64,000 nucleotides of DNA from Octopus sinensis (lineage: Eukaryota), in contig NC_043007.1 of assembly GCF_006345805.1 (NCBI RefSeq), positions 69,936,001 to 70,000,000 on the forward strand. Reading direction: 5' to 3'. Each line of letters opens with the position of its first letter. Positions within the stretch are counted from its first letter, which is position 1. Below, piece after piece: positions 25,265 through 38,240 of this stretch. The notes beneath the pieces were generated by a model, which was not told the origin of the DNA, ran no database searches, and was given only the letters and a program-made list of their open reading frames with translations. The position numbers and the translations under genes are program-made.

Positions 25265-25845
25265 AAGGCGGCGAGCTGGCAGAAACGTTAGCACACTTGG
25301 CGAAATGCTTAGCAATATTTCGTCTGCGTTACGCTCTGAGTTCAAATTCCGTCGAGGTCGACTTTGCTTTTCATCCTTTCGGGGTCGATTAAATAAGTAC
25401 CAGTTACGCATTGGGGTCGATGTAATCGACTTAATCCGTTTGTCTGTCTTTGTTTGTCCCCTCTGTGTTTAGCCTCTTGTGGGCAATAAAGAAACAAATG
25501 TTTCGTTCTGAGTTCAAATTCTGCCGAGGTCGACTTTGCCTTTCATCCTTTCGGGGTCGATAAATTAAGTACCAGTTACGCATTGGGGTCGATGTAATCG
25601 ACTTAATCCGTTTGTCTGGCTTTGTTTGTCCCCTCTATGTTTAGCCCCTTGTGGGCAATAAAAAAATAAGAATTGTTAGCACACCGGGCAAAATGCTTAG
25701 CGGCTTCTCTAAGTTCAAATTTCGCCGAGGTCAATTCTGCCTTTCATCCTTTCAGGGTTCAATAAAGAGAGTATCACTCGAGTACTGGCGAGGTCGGCGT
25801 AATCAACTTAATCCCTTTCTCCGAACTTGCTGGCCTTGTACCTGT
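25265..25845 (+). mobile_element. Cluster of three tandem family-A SINE units (full, partial, variant)
   Basis: Repeated GAGTTCAAATT..GGTCGACTTTGCC..CCTTTCGGGGTCG blocks. Confidence 0.88.
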
Positions 25846-26312
25846 AACGGTTATTGTTAAGGCGGAATCAGCGGTCGCCAGTGTAACGGTTAGTATTATG
25901 ATATATATTGGCAGTTAGCGATTGTAACGAGTGTTGCTGTTGCAAATGTGCAAGATGGAAGAAGAACAGTGATCGAAGTTATTTACCATTATTTTTTATA
26001 TATCCAAAACCACAACGGGTTGGTACAATTAATTAGTAAATGGAAAAGCATGCGAGGTAAAAAGAGCTAATTTCGGCCTGTATGTGTGTACACGTTCTTA
26101 TTGTAGTAGTAAACCATAGATAGTGATAGAATGATGTTGTAAGAGAAAAGAAATTGAGCTAGTGAAAGTTATAGTCGTGGGACGTTATGTCTCATAGTTT
26201 GCTGATTGTAACCTTCTTACTCCCTCTGGCAGTTTGTCTTTTGTGGCTGCCTGCTTGTGGCCATGACTCTAGTTAGTCTCTGTTCACTAACTGATGGTCG
26301 CTCTCACTAACT

Positions 26313-27690
26313 AATTTCTTTTATTCGGCACACAGGCCATGACACAGAGGGGACAGTGCAAGGACAAAACAAAAAACATTTAGGGGCTGGGTTTATACAT
26401 TAGTTAAAAAATCGAATATAATGAAATCGGATGAATTTACACAGTACAATGAAGTCGAAATGAATTTTAAAATTACACGATGATATATTTTTCGGGTTCG
26501 TGTTCGACCCGCCGGTTTTTATCCTTTTTTTTTTTTTACTTTTTATGATACCCTTTTTGTGTTGTTTTTTCTTCCGTTTTTTTTTTCCATCTTTTCCTTT
26601 CATACCGGCTACACTAGCGCGGTCCCAGTCTCTCTCAACCTCTTTACGACATTTGTCCATCTTTTCTCAAACGTTCTTTGAGACAGGCACCTTTTCTCCA
26701 GGCTGATCTTTCTGGACAGGTGATAGTTAAAAAAACTAACCAACCCATGTCCAGAGATAAAGTTGCCTGTCTCAATTCCTCTTCACCGGGTCACCCATAC
26801 TGTCTCTTCCAATACGACTACTACGCAGAAAAATGACGCCTCCCTTTCCTTGTTAAAGGAGGGAGGCGGCACAATCTTGATGATAGACACAGTCTATAAC
26901 CGTACTCTTTCTGTATCTGATACCAGTTGTTCGACATAGGTTCTCAGTCCTCTTAGTTCCTCACAATGTACGAAGGTGTGCGTGACAGTTTGACACGCCT
27001 GCACCTCGGGCATGTGGTTGGGGTACCAGCACCATGCCTTGACAACCTCTCTCGAACTGGCAAGGCCGATCGGTAGCGCAACCAGGCCATGAATTTCTGG
27101 AAGTTGTCCCGATAACTCGGCCCGAATGGTCTTCCGAACAGGTTGACAAGCTGTTCCTCATCGAAGCCTAGAGTCTCTCCCAGGACGTCGTCGGACATGT
27201 GCTCTACCAACCCGCTATAAAAATCCGCAGTGGTAGCCTCGCTGTCAGTATTGCTCGCTCAGGAGAACAGAGCGAGCGCATGTCTGCGCCCCCTCTTCTC
27301 ATTTTCGGTCTCCGCGTGATCCATGCGCCAACGTTCCGCAGGGACGTCAATTGTGACAGGAAGAACTTGACATGCGGTGACCACACCCGTTCACAATCCA
27401 GGTAGAGCCAGATGTGTCTCAGCCTCAGCGCATACATGTGTATCATCATCCAAGGCATTCCTAATCCACCCTTTAACGGTTTCTGGCAGCAGATGGAGCG
27501 CCTCACAAGTGGTGGTTTCCCATTCCACAAAAAATGGAAAAGGATCCGTTCCAGCTTGGTCAGCCACACCCCGGGGCAAGGCACAATGGTTAGGCGGTCG
27601 GTTATCACAGATGCTATAAACACCTGTGCAAACTCAGCCCTCCTTAGCAAGGATAGCGACCTCCCAGACCAAGTCATACAACATTATAGA
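26313..27690 (-). mobile_element. L1-Tx1-like LINE, 3' ~1.4 kb, 5'-truncated
   Basis: WSGRSLSLLRR..LERILFHFLWNGKPPLVRRSICCQKPLKGGLGMP; DNFQK..ALPVRERL..TCPRC; 3' UTR ending AATAAAAGAAATT. Confidence 0.88.
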
Positions 27691-27824
27691 AGATAACAGA
27701 CATTATGAAAGAAAGAAGTAATGAGCACAAAACCGGCTTTGGAATATCTTAATTCTAAACACATCATTAAAAAATTCTAACGTTCTTTAGAAGGGGAACA
27801 ATAGAAACCCGCGTTAAGAAATAA

Positions 27825-27960
27825 TTTTTCTACTCTAGGCACAAGGTCCGAAATTTTTAGGGAGAGGGTCAGTCAATTTGCTCGACCCCAGTACGCAACT
27901 GGTACTTAATTTATCGACCCCGAAAGAATGGAAGGCAACGTCCACTTCTGCGGAATTCGC
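27825..27960 (-). mobile_element. SINE family A variant, partial
   Basis: CTGGTACTTAATTTATCGACCCCGAAAG central block. Confidence 0.75.
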
Positions 27961-28957
27961 TTTAAGAAATATTACTCTGGAAAATATATATAAGGAAGGC
28001 AATAAGATTTGAACTTACAACGGCTTTTCATTCAATAGACACTAAATTGATCTTTCATCCCCACCCCCGCCCCATACGCTTCTCAATGTCTAATTTTAAC
28101 TAGCCAGACGGAGGTAGAGACATTGTAGACAACCTCGAAAGCAAGAATATTAGCAAAGCTTCTTTATCAATATATCTATACCGATGCAGTATATTTATAA
28201 ATAGTGCGTTTGCTTCTACCCTCTATCTGTTACACCACCTTTTAACCTCCCAATGATAAATATTTTAGAATCTGCTTTTCTCTTTTCCTAAACAACAGTG
28301 GTCGAAAATTAAACATCTTCCAAATTTTGAAAATTCATTAGATTAGATCTCCCTGTTTTGTTATATAACATGAATTTCGCAGAAATCTTTGTCTCTTTCT
28401 TGTCAGGTAGCAATGTTGTTTGGTTATAAATTGTTTTGTTTGTTCGCCTGTCTGTTAGTTGTTGGTCTTCTTTGTCTTTTATCATGCCAAACTAACATCA
28501 ACGCATCAATCTCCAGTCGGATGCATGTCATCTAAGCAGCATTAAATCAATAACCATTCCTTCCTCGTCTTCTCAACAGCCATTCCTCATTCTCTTTTGT
28601 TTGTGAAACTAATCCCAAACATTACATTTACAGCCAGTCATTTTTGATTTTTTATTTCGTCAGCTTAAAGTAAATAATGTTGATATGCCAATCGAATAAT
28701 AGCGGTGGGTTAATTTTAGTTGCAACAATTTAATAAATGTAAACATATTGATTTGATATATTTTGAGTTGTAGGATATGGTTTAAAAAGAAAACACAAAC
28801 AAAAATTTTATTGTTAAAAACAAACAAATACAAACGTTTTATTATTCAAAATTGATAGCGAAATAGTAACAACAGAGTTCGTTTGTTAAGCATAATGGCG
28901 GCTTGTCTGTCAGTACGAGGAACTGCATGCAGTACCTTCTTTTTTTCTTACCCAATA

Positions 28958-29047
<90 letters not shown>

Positions 29048-29105
29048 CCTATCTATCTGTCTATCTACCTATCTATCTGTCTATCTATCTATCTCTCTCT
29101 CTCTA

Positions 29106-29167
<62 letters not shown>

Positions 29168-29180
29168 GATACATAGACAC

Positions 29181-29231
<51 letters not shown>

Positions 29232-29250
<19 letters not shown>

Positions 29251-29452
29251 TGACCGCGTGTGTACCGTTGGCAATTTTTTTCCTCCGTCTTCCCTTCTCT
29301 GGATCTTTCCTTTTCCTATGTTTCCGAGGAAGAGCTCCGCTCGAAACGTAAAACCCTCCTCCTTCCCTTCCTTCCTGAGCGTCCAGTAATACTATATTTG
29401 TTCCACGTCCTCGCATGTTGTGTTTTCTCTTTGTGTTTTCATGCTTGGATTA

Positions 29453-29455
<3 letters not shown>
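29232..29455 (+). mobile_element. Short hammerhead-bearing repeat (PLE pseudo-LTR-like)
   Basis: Contains the motif at 29320-29354 between (TA)n tracts. Confidence 0.6.
29320..29354 (+). ncRNA. Minimal type I hammerhead-like motif, core CCGAGGA
   Basis: GTTT-CCGAGGA-A-GAGC(TCC)GCTC-GAAA-CG-TA-AAAC. Confidence 0.6.
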
Positions 29456-29484
<29 letters not shown>

Positions 29485-30002
29485 CTTGTGCATATACTTG
29501 GTTTCAAATATTTGCACAAGGCCAGCATTTTCGGAAGAGGAGGTCAGTCGATTACATCGACCCCAGTGCTCAACTATTTCCAATAATCTTTGAACTCAAT
29601 TTAGCACAAACACTCGCGTGCGCATTCTCTCATACCGCACACACAAACACACATACGCTCACACATTAATGGCGAACTTAGAAGTGGTGATTAAAATAAT
29701 TAGCACGATTCTTTACACTGAAACGTGTAAAGGCCTTGATAGCATAAAAGGACTCTGAAGAGAAATTCTCCATAAAGACATTGTTTGTACACATTGTAAA
29801 CTGAGTCATTGAGCCGCCGAGCCACCAACGAGTCGTCGGACTCTAAGGCAAGTATTTCTACGTTTCATCAGCTGCAGACACCTAATCAATCGCTCATAAC
29901 CCACCAAGGAATTGTCATTATTATACGAAACAGTAGAGAAACAAGTATTCAATACAGCTTTATTTTAAACTACGTTTGTGTGTCTTTAATATACATAAAT
30001 AT

Positions 30003-30185
30003 AAAACGGCGAGCTAGCAGGATCGTTAGTACGTCGGGCAAAATGTTTAGCGGGCATTTCGTACGACCTTACGTTGAGTTCAAATTCCGCCGAGGTTGAC
30101 TTTGCCTTTCAACCTTTCGGGGTCGATAAAGTAAGTCGACTTCCTCCTCTCCTGAAATTACTGACCTTGTGCCAAAATTCGAAAC
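30003..30185 (+). mobile_element. SINE family A variant
   Basis: CGGCGAGCTAGCAG head, GAGTTCAAATTCC B-box. Confidence 0.8.
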
Positions 30186-30241
30186 CAATATACATACATA
30201 CATGCACATACACGTCCATATATAGATGTATATTATATAAA

Positions 30242-30298
<57 letters not shown>

Positions 30299-30875
30299 GC
30301 TGCTGCTACTGCTGCTGCTGCTGCTGCTGTTGTTGTTAAGCAACAAGACGGGTAAGGGTGATTAGGTGATGGTCTAGGGCTTAGGGGCGGGAGACCCCAG
30401 ACCTTGGAAAAAAAACTTTGGTCGTCTTGTTGTCGTCGAGGGCTCTTCGTTGACGCCCGACACCACTGGGAGGTGGCCCTCGAAATCGCTAGAAATGGAG
30501 ATCTCCAGGTCCAAATTCATGAACGGCTGCTGTTGCTGCTTTGAAGTCTTTTACTAAAATATAGAATTAAGTTTCAGTTTTAACAAGTTGAGCATTTTAC
30601 TAGTTTTGGGTCTTAATTTTTTGAAATCATATGAATTGAATAAATAATTAAATTTTTAGAAATTAGCATATTTAAAACTATTTGACTATTTCTGAGTAAT
30701 TCTTTTCAAGAAAACCTATTTGTCCTATTCGAGTTGTGATACCATCATGATTGCAGTCATAGCAGTTCTATTGATATCATGAGGCTACAACTACAGTCAT
30801 AGCAGGCCTGTAAAAAAAGCATGACCATGATTACAACAATAGCAATCCCATGATATAGTATGTTCGTAACTACAA

Positions 30876-31459
30876 GGCGGCGAGCTGGCAGAAACGTTAG
30901 CACGCCGGGCGAAATGCCTAGCGGTATTTCGTCTGCCGTTACGTTCTGAGTTCAAATTCCGCCGAGGTCAACTTTGCCTCTCATCCTTTCGAGGTCGATA
31001 AATTAAGTACCAGTTACGCACTGGGGTCGATGTAATCGATTTAATCCGTACGCCTGTCCTTGTTTGTCCCCTCTGTATTTAGCCCCTTGTGGGTAGTAAA
31101 GAAATAGGTATTTCGTCTGCCGTTACGTTCTGAGTTCAAATTCCGCCGAGGTCAACTTTGCCTCTCATTCTTTCGAGGTCGATAAATTAAGTACCAGTTA
31201 CGCACTGGGATCGATGTAATCGACTTAATCCGTTTGTCTGTCCTTGTTTGTCACCTCTGTGTTTAGCCCCTTGTGAGTAGTAAAGAAATAGGTATTTCGC
31301 CTGCCGCTATGTTCTGAGTTCAAATTCCGCCTTTCATCCTTTCGGGGTCGATTAAATAAGTACCAGTTACGCACTGGGGTCGATATAATCGACTTCATCC
31401 GTTTGTCTGTCCTTGTTTGTCCTCTCTGTGTTTAGCTCCTTGTGGGTAGTAAAGAAATA
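30876..31459 (+). mobile_element. SINE family A trimer with a 24-bp target-site duplication
   Basis: GATATAGTATGTTCGTAACTACAA at 30852-30875 and 31460-31483; unit junctions at ~31108 and ~31292. Confidence 0.92.
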
Positions 31460-31514
31460 GATATAGTATGTTCGTAACTACAATCACGTAAAATATTTCA
31501 TTTGAGTTTTTTCA

Positions 31515-31722
31515 TTGAGCCGCTGACAGAATCGTTACCACGCCGGACAAAATACTTAGCGACATTTCGTCCATCTTTACGTCCTCAGTTCAAATTCCAC
31601 CATGATCGACTTTGCCTTTCATCCTTTCTGGGTCGATAAAATTACCAGTTCAGCACTGAAGTCAATGTGATTGTCTTACCAGCTTTCTTAAGATTGCTGG
31701 CCTCGTGCCAAAAATCGAGACC
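31515..31722 (+). mobile_element. SINE family A variant, diverged
   Basis: Diverged head, B-box and central block. Confidence 0.75.
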
Positions 31723-31784
31723 GATATGTTTTATCTTAGTTTCATATGTCTTAGTTAAGATGTTAGCCTATCTCTTTACTCTTT

Positions 31785-32200
31785 TTAAACTTTTTTTTTG
31801 TTTCAGTCATGTGACTGTGGCCATGCAAATCAACCCTAGGACTTATTCCTTGGAAGCCTAGTACTTATTCAATCGGTCTCTTTTGCCGAACCGCTAAGTT
31901 ACGGTGACGTAAACATGCCAGCATCGGTTGTCAAGCGATGTTGGGGGGACAAACACAGACACACAAACATATACACACACATGCATATATATATATATAT
32001 ATAATATATATATATATATTATATATATATATATACGATGGGCTTCTTTCAGTTTCCGTGTACCAAATCCATTCACAAGGCTTTGGTCGGCCCGAGGCTA
32101 TAGTAGAAGACACTTTGCCCAAGGTGCCACGCAGTGGGACTGAACCCGGAACCATGTGGCTCGTAAGCAAGCTACTTACCACACAGCCACTCATACGCCT
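31785..32200 (-). mobile_element. SINE family B
   Basis: Reverse complement of 4597-5019 with an internal deletion. Confidence 0.88.
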
Positions 32201-33027
32201 ATCCTTGATTATTAAAAATCAAAGTCAGAAACGATAAGGTGTTTTTTGTTTTATTCTTTAATTTTTTTTTTGTCGGTTATAGGCTTAACATGGCACTCCA
32301 CCAATTGGCGTTTAACGGAATTCCCTCAGTTTGAACTATTCGTATCAGACCTTCCCACCCCCACTCCCTCACCCAGACAATTTACCTATAGACATTGATC
32401 TTGTTGGCTATCAACCGCATCATTTTCATCCGTTTGAGAAGTTCTGTTAACCTTTTAGCATAAGTGTCTTTTATTCTTCTACGTTAACGTAGATTCGTTA
32501 AGAATTTTATAGGCTTCTTTGTATTTTAAAGTTTTCATCATGTGAAGTAGAGAATACTATTAGGTGCTTGGAAAACAAGAATTACGCAGAAATGAAGAAA
32601 CGAAATGCATGTCACTTTATTTTTCTTCTCTTCAAACATGAAAAATTACTGTTTGATAGTTATAACACAACACTGATATTGCAACACTATCCATCAAGTG
32701 TGAGAAAATGACAGCCCAACATAATATTTGTTACCGTCTCTTAATAGAAGCTTCTTTATCTCGCAAATGATATTTCTGTTATTCTGGGAAACCGTTTATT
32801 GAAATGAGCACTATGAAGACATATGCAAGACATTTTGAATTTTTTTGTATATATATACATATACATATACATATATATATTCATATATTTGCATATGTTT
32901 TTAATGGGTATAATGACAAAATGTATGCGTTTCTTTTGCACTTATCTGCGTATACATGTTTGAACCTTGCATGTATTTTTACATATAACCCAGAGAGCGG
33001 GAATACTTGTTAACGCATTGTCATACG

Positions 33028-33058
<31 letters not shown>

Positions 33059-33903
33059 CACACACACACACATGCAAATATACATGCTTGTTTGTGATAA
33101 AAGCTATTATCTTTATTTTTATACATTTCTTTCTTAAAGAAAATCTCTTCTGTATTTTATCTCGATATCTTTGCAAATCTGAACGTGCGTGTGTGTGTGT
33201 GTGTGTGTGTATTATTGACAGGGTGTGTTTCATTAAAGTCGAAATTGGTTGTTCCCTACCATCTTTTCAGGATGACTGACAGGGAGTGTTTTGGAATGGC
33301 AGATGGATGACGAAAGGGAAAAAATTATCTCGCAGGTTGTAGATGTAATAAAAGAAAAATCGATAAAGAAAATAGTATTTTTATTTTAAAAAAATTTTGT
33401 TTGTGACATCACATTATTTGATATGAAAATAATTTTTATGACTGAATTTTCTAAGAGAGTCGAGGAAATAACAGATCGCATCAGTATTTTTCTTTGTGTC
33501 TTCTTTAAATAGTTGCCTTTAACAATAGTCAAACAGAACAAATAAGAGAACACCTTCAATGCTGAAGGCTGTTGATGTTTGAAGAAATACGATTCTGTGA
33601 TGATTCAAATTAAGCATTATGGAATGTAACTGCGCTTAATGAAATGAAAAGAAGTGTGTTCTAAGATTCAATGTGTAATTTTTGTTTTTTTACTTTGCTT
33701 CTTCAGATTCATGACAAAACAAGTAAAGCTGTTGTTCTCGGTAACTAAGACGAAATTCAGGGTTGACGAAATGGAATAAAAAACGGAAGTTAATGATGTA
33801 AAAATTTGAACAAAAATTTTTTTATAACTACTAAATCGATTAATATTAACAACGCCAGCAAGATGAAATTAACGGATGACGGGGTGAAATGAAAAGATGT
33901 ACC

Positions 33904-33954
<51 letters not shown>

Positions 33955-34356
33955 AATGTGTGTGTGTGTGTATTGAAATTACAAGCCAGAAAAGTAACAT
34001 AAAGGTATTTAAGTGAATGAATGGAAAGTTTGTTTGGTTGAAAAGATACTCACTTTTTAAAAAAAAAACTAATTTAATGTTGGTATTTTGAAACAAAAGA
34101 TTAGGTTGTCACCGGATTGTAGTAAAAAGCTTCGAGGTATTCAGTTTGAATACATCTCCATGGAGTGTAAGTCAACCTTAAGGCACAAATTTTCACGGCT
34201 TTGAAGCCAGCAAAGAAAATGAACGCAAAATTCTGACAGCAACCAGTATATTTATTAGAACTTTCTGGACCAAATCTGAGAAGAGCCTCTGACGTACAAA
34301 TTATTTTAAACTGTGTCTGGCAGACTTATATGGATATTTGCCGCTCTGCCTCCTAT

Positions 34357-34489
<133 letters not shown>

Positions 34490-35554
34490 CACACACACAC
34501 CACACACACACAAACACACACACACACACTACATACGCAACTACACATATATATGCTAAAAAAATTCTTTATGTAGTTGTGATGATTCATAAATTTTGTT
34601 CCCAAAACTCTAGTTTCCTTTTTTTAATTGACCTTTAGAATATTATTCCCTTATCTTTACAATCGAAGTTTGTGTTTATTCTATTTCTGTCTTTATTTAA
34701 ACAAATATTTTTCTCACAATAAAAACTTTTAATGTAAATGAATTTAAAAATCCTGAACTTTAGCATTTTTGATTCAAATTCAATTTGCATCGTAATTATA
34801 GTTTTTTTCCCCCCAATTGTTAACTACACTTTGATCTGAGCTAAAGCGCCGAAAAGCGGCCTTTTGGCAAAGAAGAAAGTGTAGTTTTTCAATTTTGTAA
34901 ATTTATCCGAGTTTCCATAATTGATATAACAGACCTTATCCTGCAATTTTCGTAACCTGCTGTAGTCATAACACAAATGATATATGTGTGTGTGTGTGCG
35001 CACGTACACACACACATACACACACAGACACGCACACACATGCATGCACGCGCGCGCATGAAATCTGAAGAGAGTATGTTAATCTTGAACATGAAACCCA
35101 TCTCGAACGCTTGCATCAGAATGAACTCCGCCAAAGGCACCCGAGAGCCAGATACAGCCTTAAACTGGGTGATAGATTAATTCTGTCACCCGAAATCTCA
35201 ATGATCTCAATGGAGAAAAAGCAAAAAGAAGAAAAAAAAAACTGGAATAACTACCGCAATGCATCCCCGTTCGACACTCTACCAATGGTTCCATTTGTCC
35301 ACCTCCACCGCCTTAAATTTAATAGAAATCTGAAAAGATAAACAGCGAAGTTGATTTTGGTAAGATTTGTGTTCATAACCAAGAGAACCGGAATAAAAAC
35401 ACCGAAACATTTTGTCTTACTTTCTAATGACTAAAACAGAAAAGCAGGATCTGGATTCAGAATGTTTTTAATTTTCTTAATCGATAATTTGATATCATAT
35501 TCAATAGCATTCTTACCATTAAAAATATAAATTTTGAAGAGGCAAAGAATCCAT

Positions 35555-35760
35555 TAAGATGGCGAACTGGCAGATCCGTTAGCACGTCGAACGAAATGCC
35601 TAGCGGCATCTCTTACAGCTCTGTACGCTCTGAATTGAAATCCCACTGAGGTAAACGTTGCATTTCCACTCTTCAGGGGTCGATAAAATAAAGTACCAGT
35701 CAAGTACTAGATTCGATGCAATTGGTTTGCACCCTTCACTCAAAATTGCTGGCCTTAAAC
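35555..35760 (+). mobile_element. SINE family A variant
   Basis: GGCGAACTGGCAG head, GGGGTCGATAAAATAAAGTACCAG block. Confidence 0.75.
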
Positions 35761-36276
35761 TACTCTGCAACGGAACCGTGTCCTCTTCAGGCTTGGGTTT
35801 CGAGATCTTGATCACTTATACTACATGGAAATCAAGTAACCGACTTTCTTTGTCCTGAGGCTTGAAAAATGAAAAAAAAAAATAAATAAATAACTCGTAA
35901 GAAAATAGTATTCATTTCCTTTTGTCTTCTTAAAATGATTATTTGGAATTCGTGTTTGCTTTTCTATTTTTACACACAAGTAAACACACATACACATACA
36001 CATACACACACGCACACACATACACACACATATATACACACACACAAGTTCAAATATAATGGTAATAAAAATGAATACAAAACAGTTTGTCTGATAACTA
36101 TAAAAGCTTAAATATATTAATGTTTCTTTTTAAAGAGCACATAGCTTTTTATCTTTTCCTTCAAAAGATGTGCCTTATGCAAGATTTCAGTTGGCTAGGT
36201 GCAAAAATGTAATTTGCAGCTTGGAGTAGACACACACACACATACACACACACACACACACCACACACACACACAC

Positions 36277-36307
<31 letters not shown>

Positions 36308-36460
36308 GTACGTGTGTGTGTGTGTGTGTGTGTATGCGTGCGTGTGTGTGTATGTGCATGAATGTACGTGTGTGTATAATATATATATATAGTATATAAA
36401 CACACACATATACACATACATACATGCATGCACACATACATACATACATACATACATACA

Positions 36461-36494
<34 letters not shown>

Positions 36495-36779
36495 CGCATA
36501 CATTTATCTATAAATACAAATATCATTTTGTTTTTATGTATGTAAATACAAACGTATGTATAAACATAGATACATCAAAAACGTTCCACACACACACGCG
36601 CGTAGAGATATGTATACTTTACCATATTCTTAATAAATGGTGTAGAATTTGTGTATATTAGAATAAACAAAAAGTCAAAGGAGGAAACCGTATCCATATA
36701 TAGAAATTTTAATCACCCCAGGGCGTCTAAAATATCTTCTTTTATGCATTCATTTAGTCATTCAATCATTCATTCATTC

Positions 36780-37230
36780 ACATGATTTGTCCTATTCCTA
36801 CAAGCAGTTTTAATGGGAAGCTAGTGTCCCTGAAACACCTTCTCGTTAGGACAGGACCAAGAAAAGGGAGGCAACTCGGTTTAATCCTTAATATAGCCAG
36901 GAAATTTCTATCTCTGGTAAGGAAACATTTTCCATTTATGCACAAATACAACAAATCATTGAATACAAATAGCGTTAAAGATAACTAATTCAAAATGAAG
37001 AAACATTACTTCCCAGATTACATATCACAGTAGAAAAGATACAATTAGGCAACAACTAATTTGCAACCACAGAAATACCTTAATCTGTTCAGTTGGGGGC
37101 CCTTGCTTCTTCAAAGCGATGATATATAGAGTATCTATAACATCACAGAAAAGGTATTCAAAGAAATTATACCGATTCACTGCTAATGCAATAAAAAGTG
37201 ATATTATAAGCCTATTTATTTGAAGAACAA
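36780..37230 (+). pseudogene. Old Penelope-like element remnant (pre-endonuclease and GIY-YIG region)
   Basis: NIARKFLSLVRKHFPFMHKYNKSLNTNSVK and CNHRNTLICSVGGPCFFKAMIYRVSIT resemble PLE NIGKKFL.LI.KHFP..HKL.KIFN.NTVK and CNC...CPL.G.C....VIY.A.V. Confidence 0.6.
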
Positions 37231-38149
37231 ACATTTTCACTTCCTTATCTCAATTCGCTTGAAAACAAGCATCGCGATTACAACGTATCCGAATAACATA
37301 TTCCAACTGATTCCAAAATTATAGGTAATGATATTTTACAGAAAAGTAACAGATAGTGAAACAACCAGTGATAAAACTCTAAACAAACTATCAGAAATAT
37401 TATCTTGTTGTCACCATTGGTGACAATTCCTAACGAATCTTCCTGGACCCGTTGGCTTCTTGACCGCACTACTTTTATCGACCATTCTTTCACTTTAGCC
37501 TGTCGAATTTTTCGGCTCACGACGTCGCGCCTACTCTTGTTATTCAGGCGTAATATCCATTGTTTCGTATCCGTCTCAATCCAGCCCCTATGTTTTTAAC
37601 ACCGCTCAATTATTTCTTTTATATTTAGGTTGCACTCTGTTGCTTCAGTAATTTTTCTCACAATTTACTTCCTTCCCGTTAAAATCATTAGCTGAGTCTC
37701 ACTAACGAATGAGGACGACAGATTACTATTCCATCATGCTGGAGCAGGATTTTACGACATAAATTCGCTAGCAATATTAGACAGCGGCATAGCTGAGTCG
37801 CACTAACGAATGGGGACGACATATTACTATTCCATCATGCTGGAGTGGGATTTTACGACATAAATTCGCTAGCAATATTAGACAGCGGCAGTTTTGCTGC
37901 AGGTATGTACACACCGAATACCCATGAGAGCAATCTCATCAAAGGTATTTCAGGTACATGCTGTACCTATAGGAGCCTCAGAATGATGCCATGTTGACAA
38001 CCCCATATTTAGAGCTTTCTTAACAAGCCGCAGTTTGTCCCAGGCTCAGTAAAGCCTCAGCCAAAAGACGTCTCGGCGTCATTTAAGAAAAGGGTATAGA
38101 TACGCTCTAGGTTATTCGCGGTCTACTTTCTGATCGTACACGCATACAG

Positions 38150-38240
<91 letters not shown>

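Noticed and set aside
29855-29875. Minus-strand CTGATGAAACGTA
   Set aside because: It has no stem II and no stem I pairing; probably chance.
35165-35195. 10-bp hairpin GGGTGATAGA/TCTGTCACCC followed by GAAA
   Set aside because: There is no hammerhead 5' core, and it is too short for a pre-miRNA.
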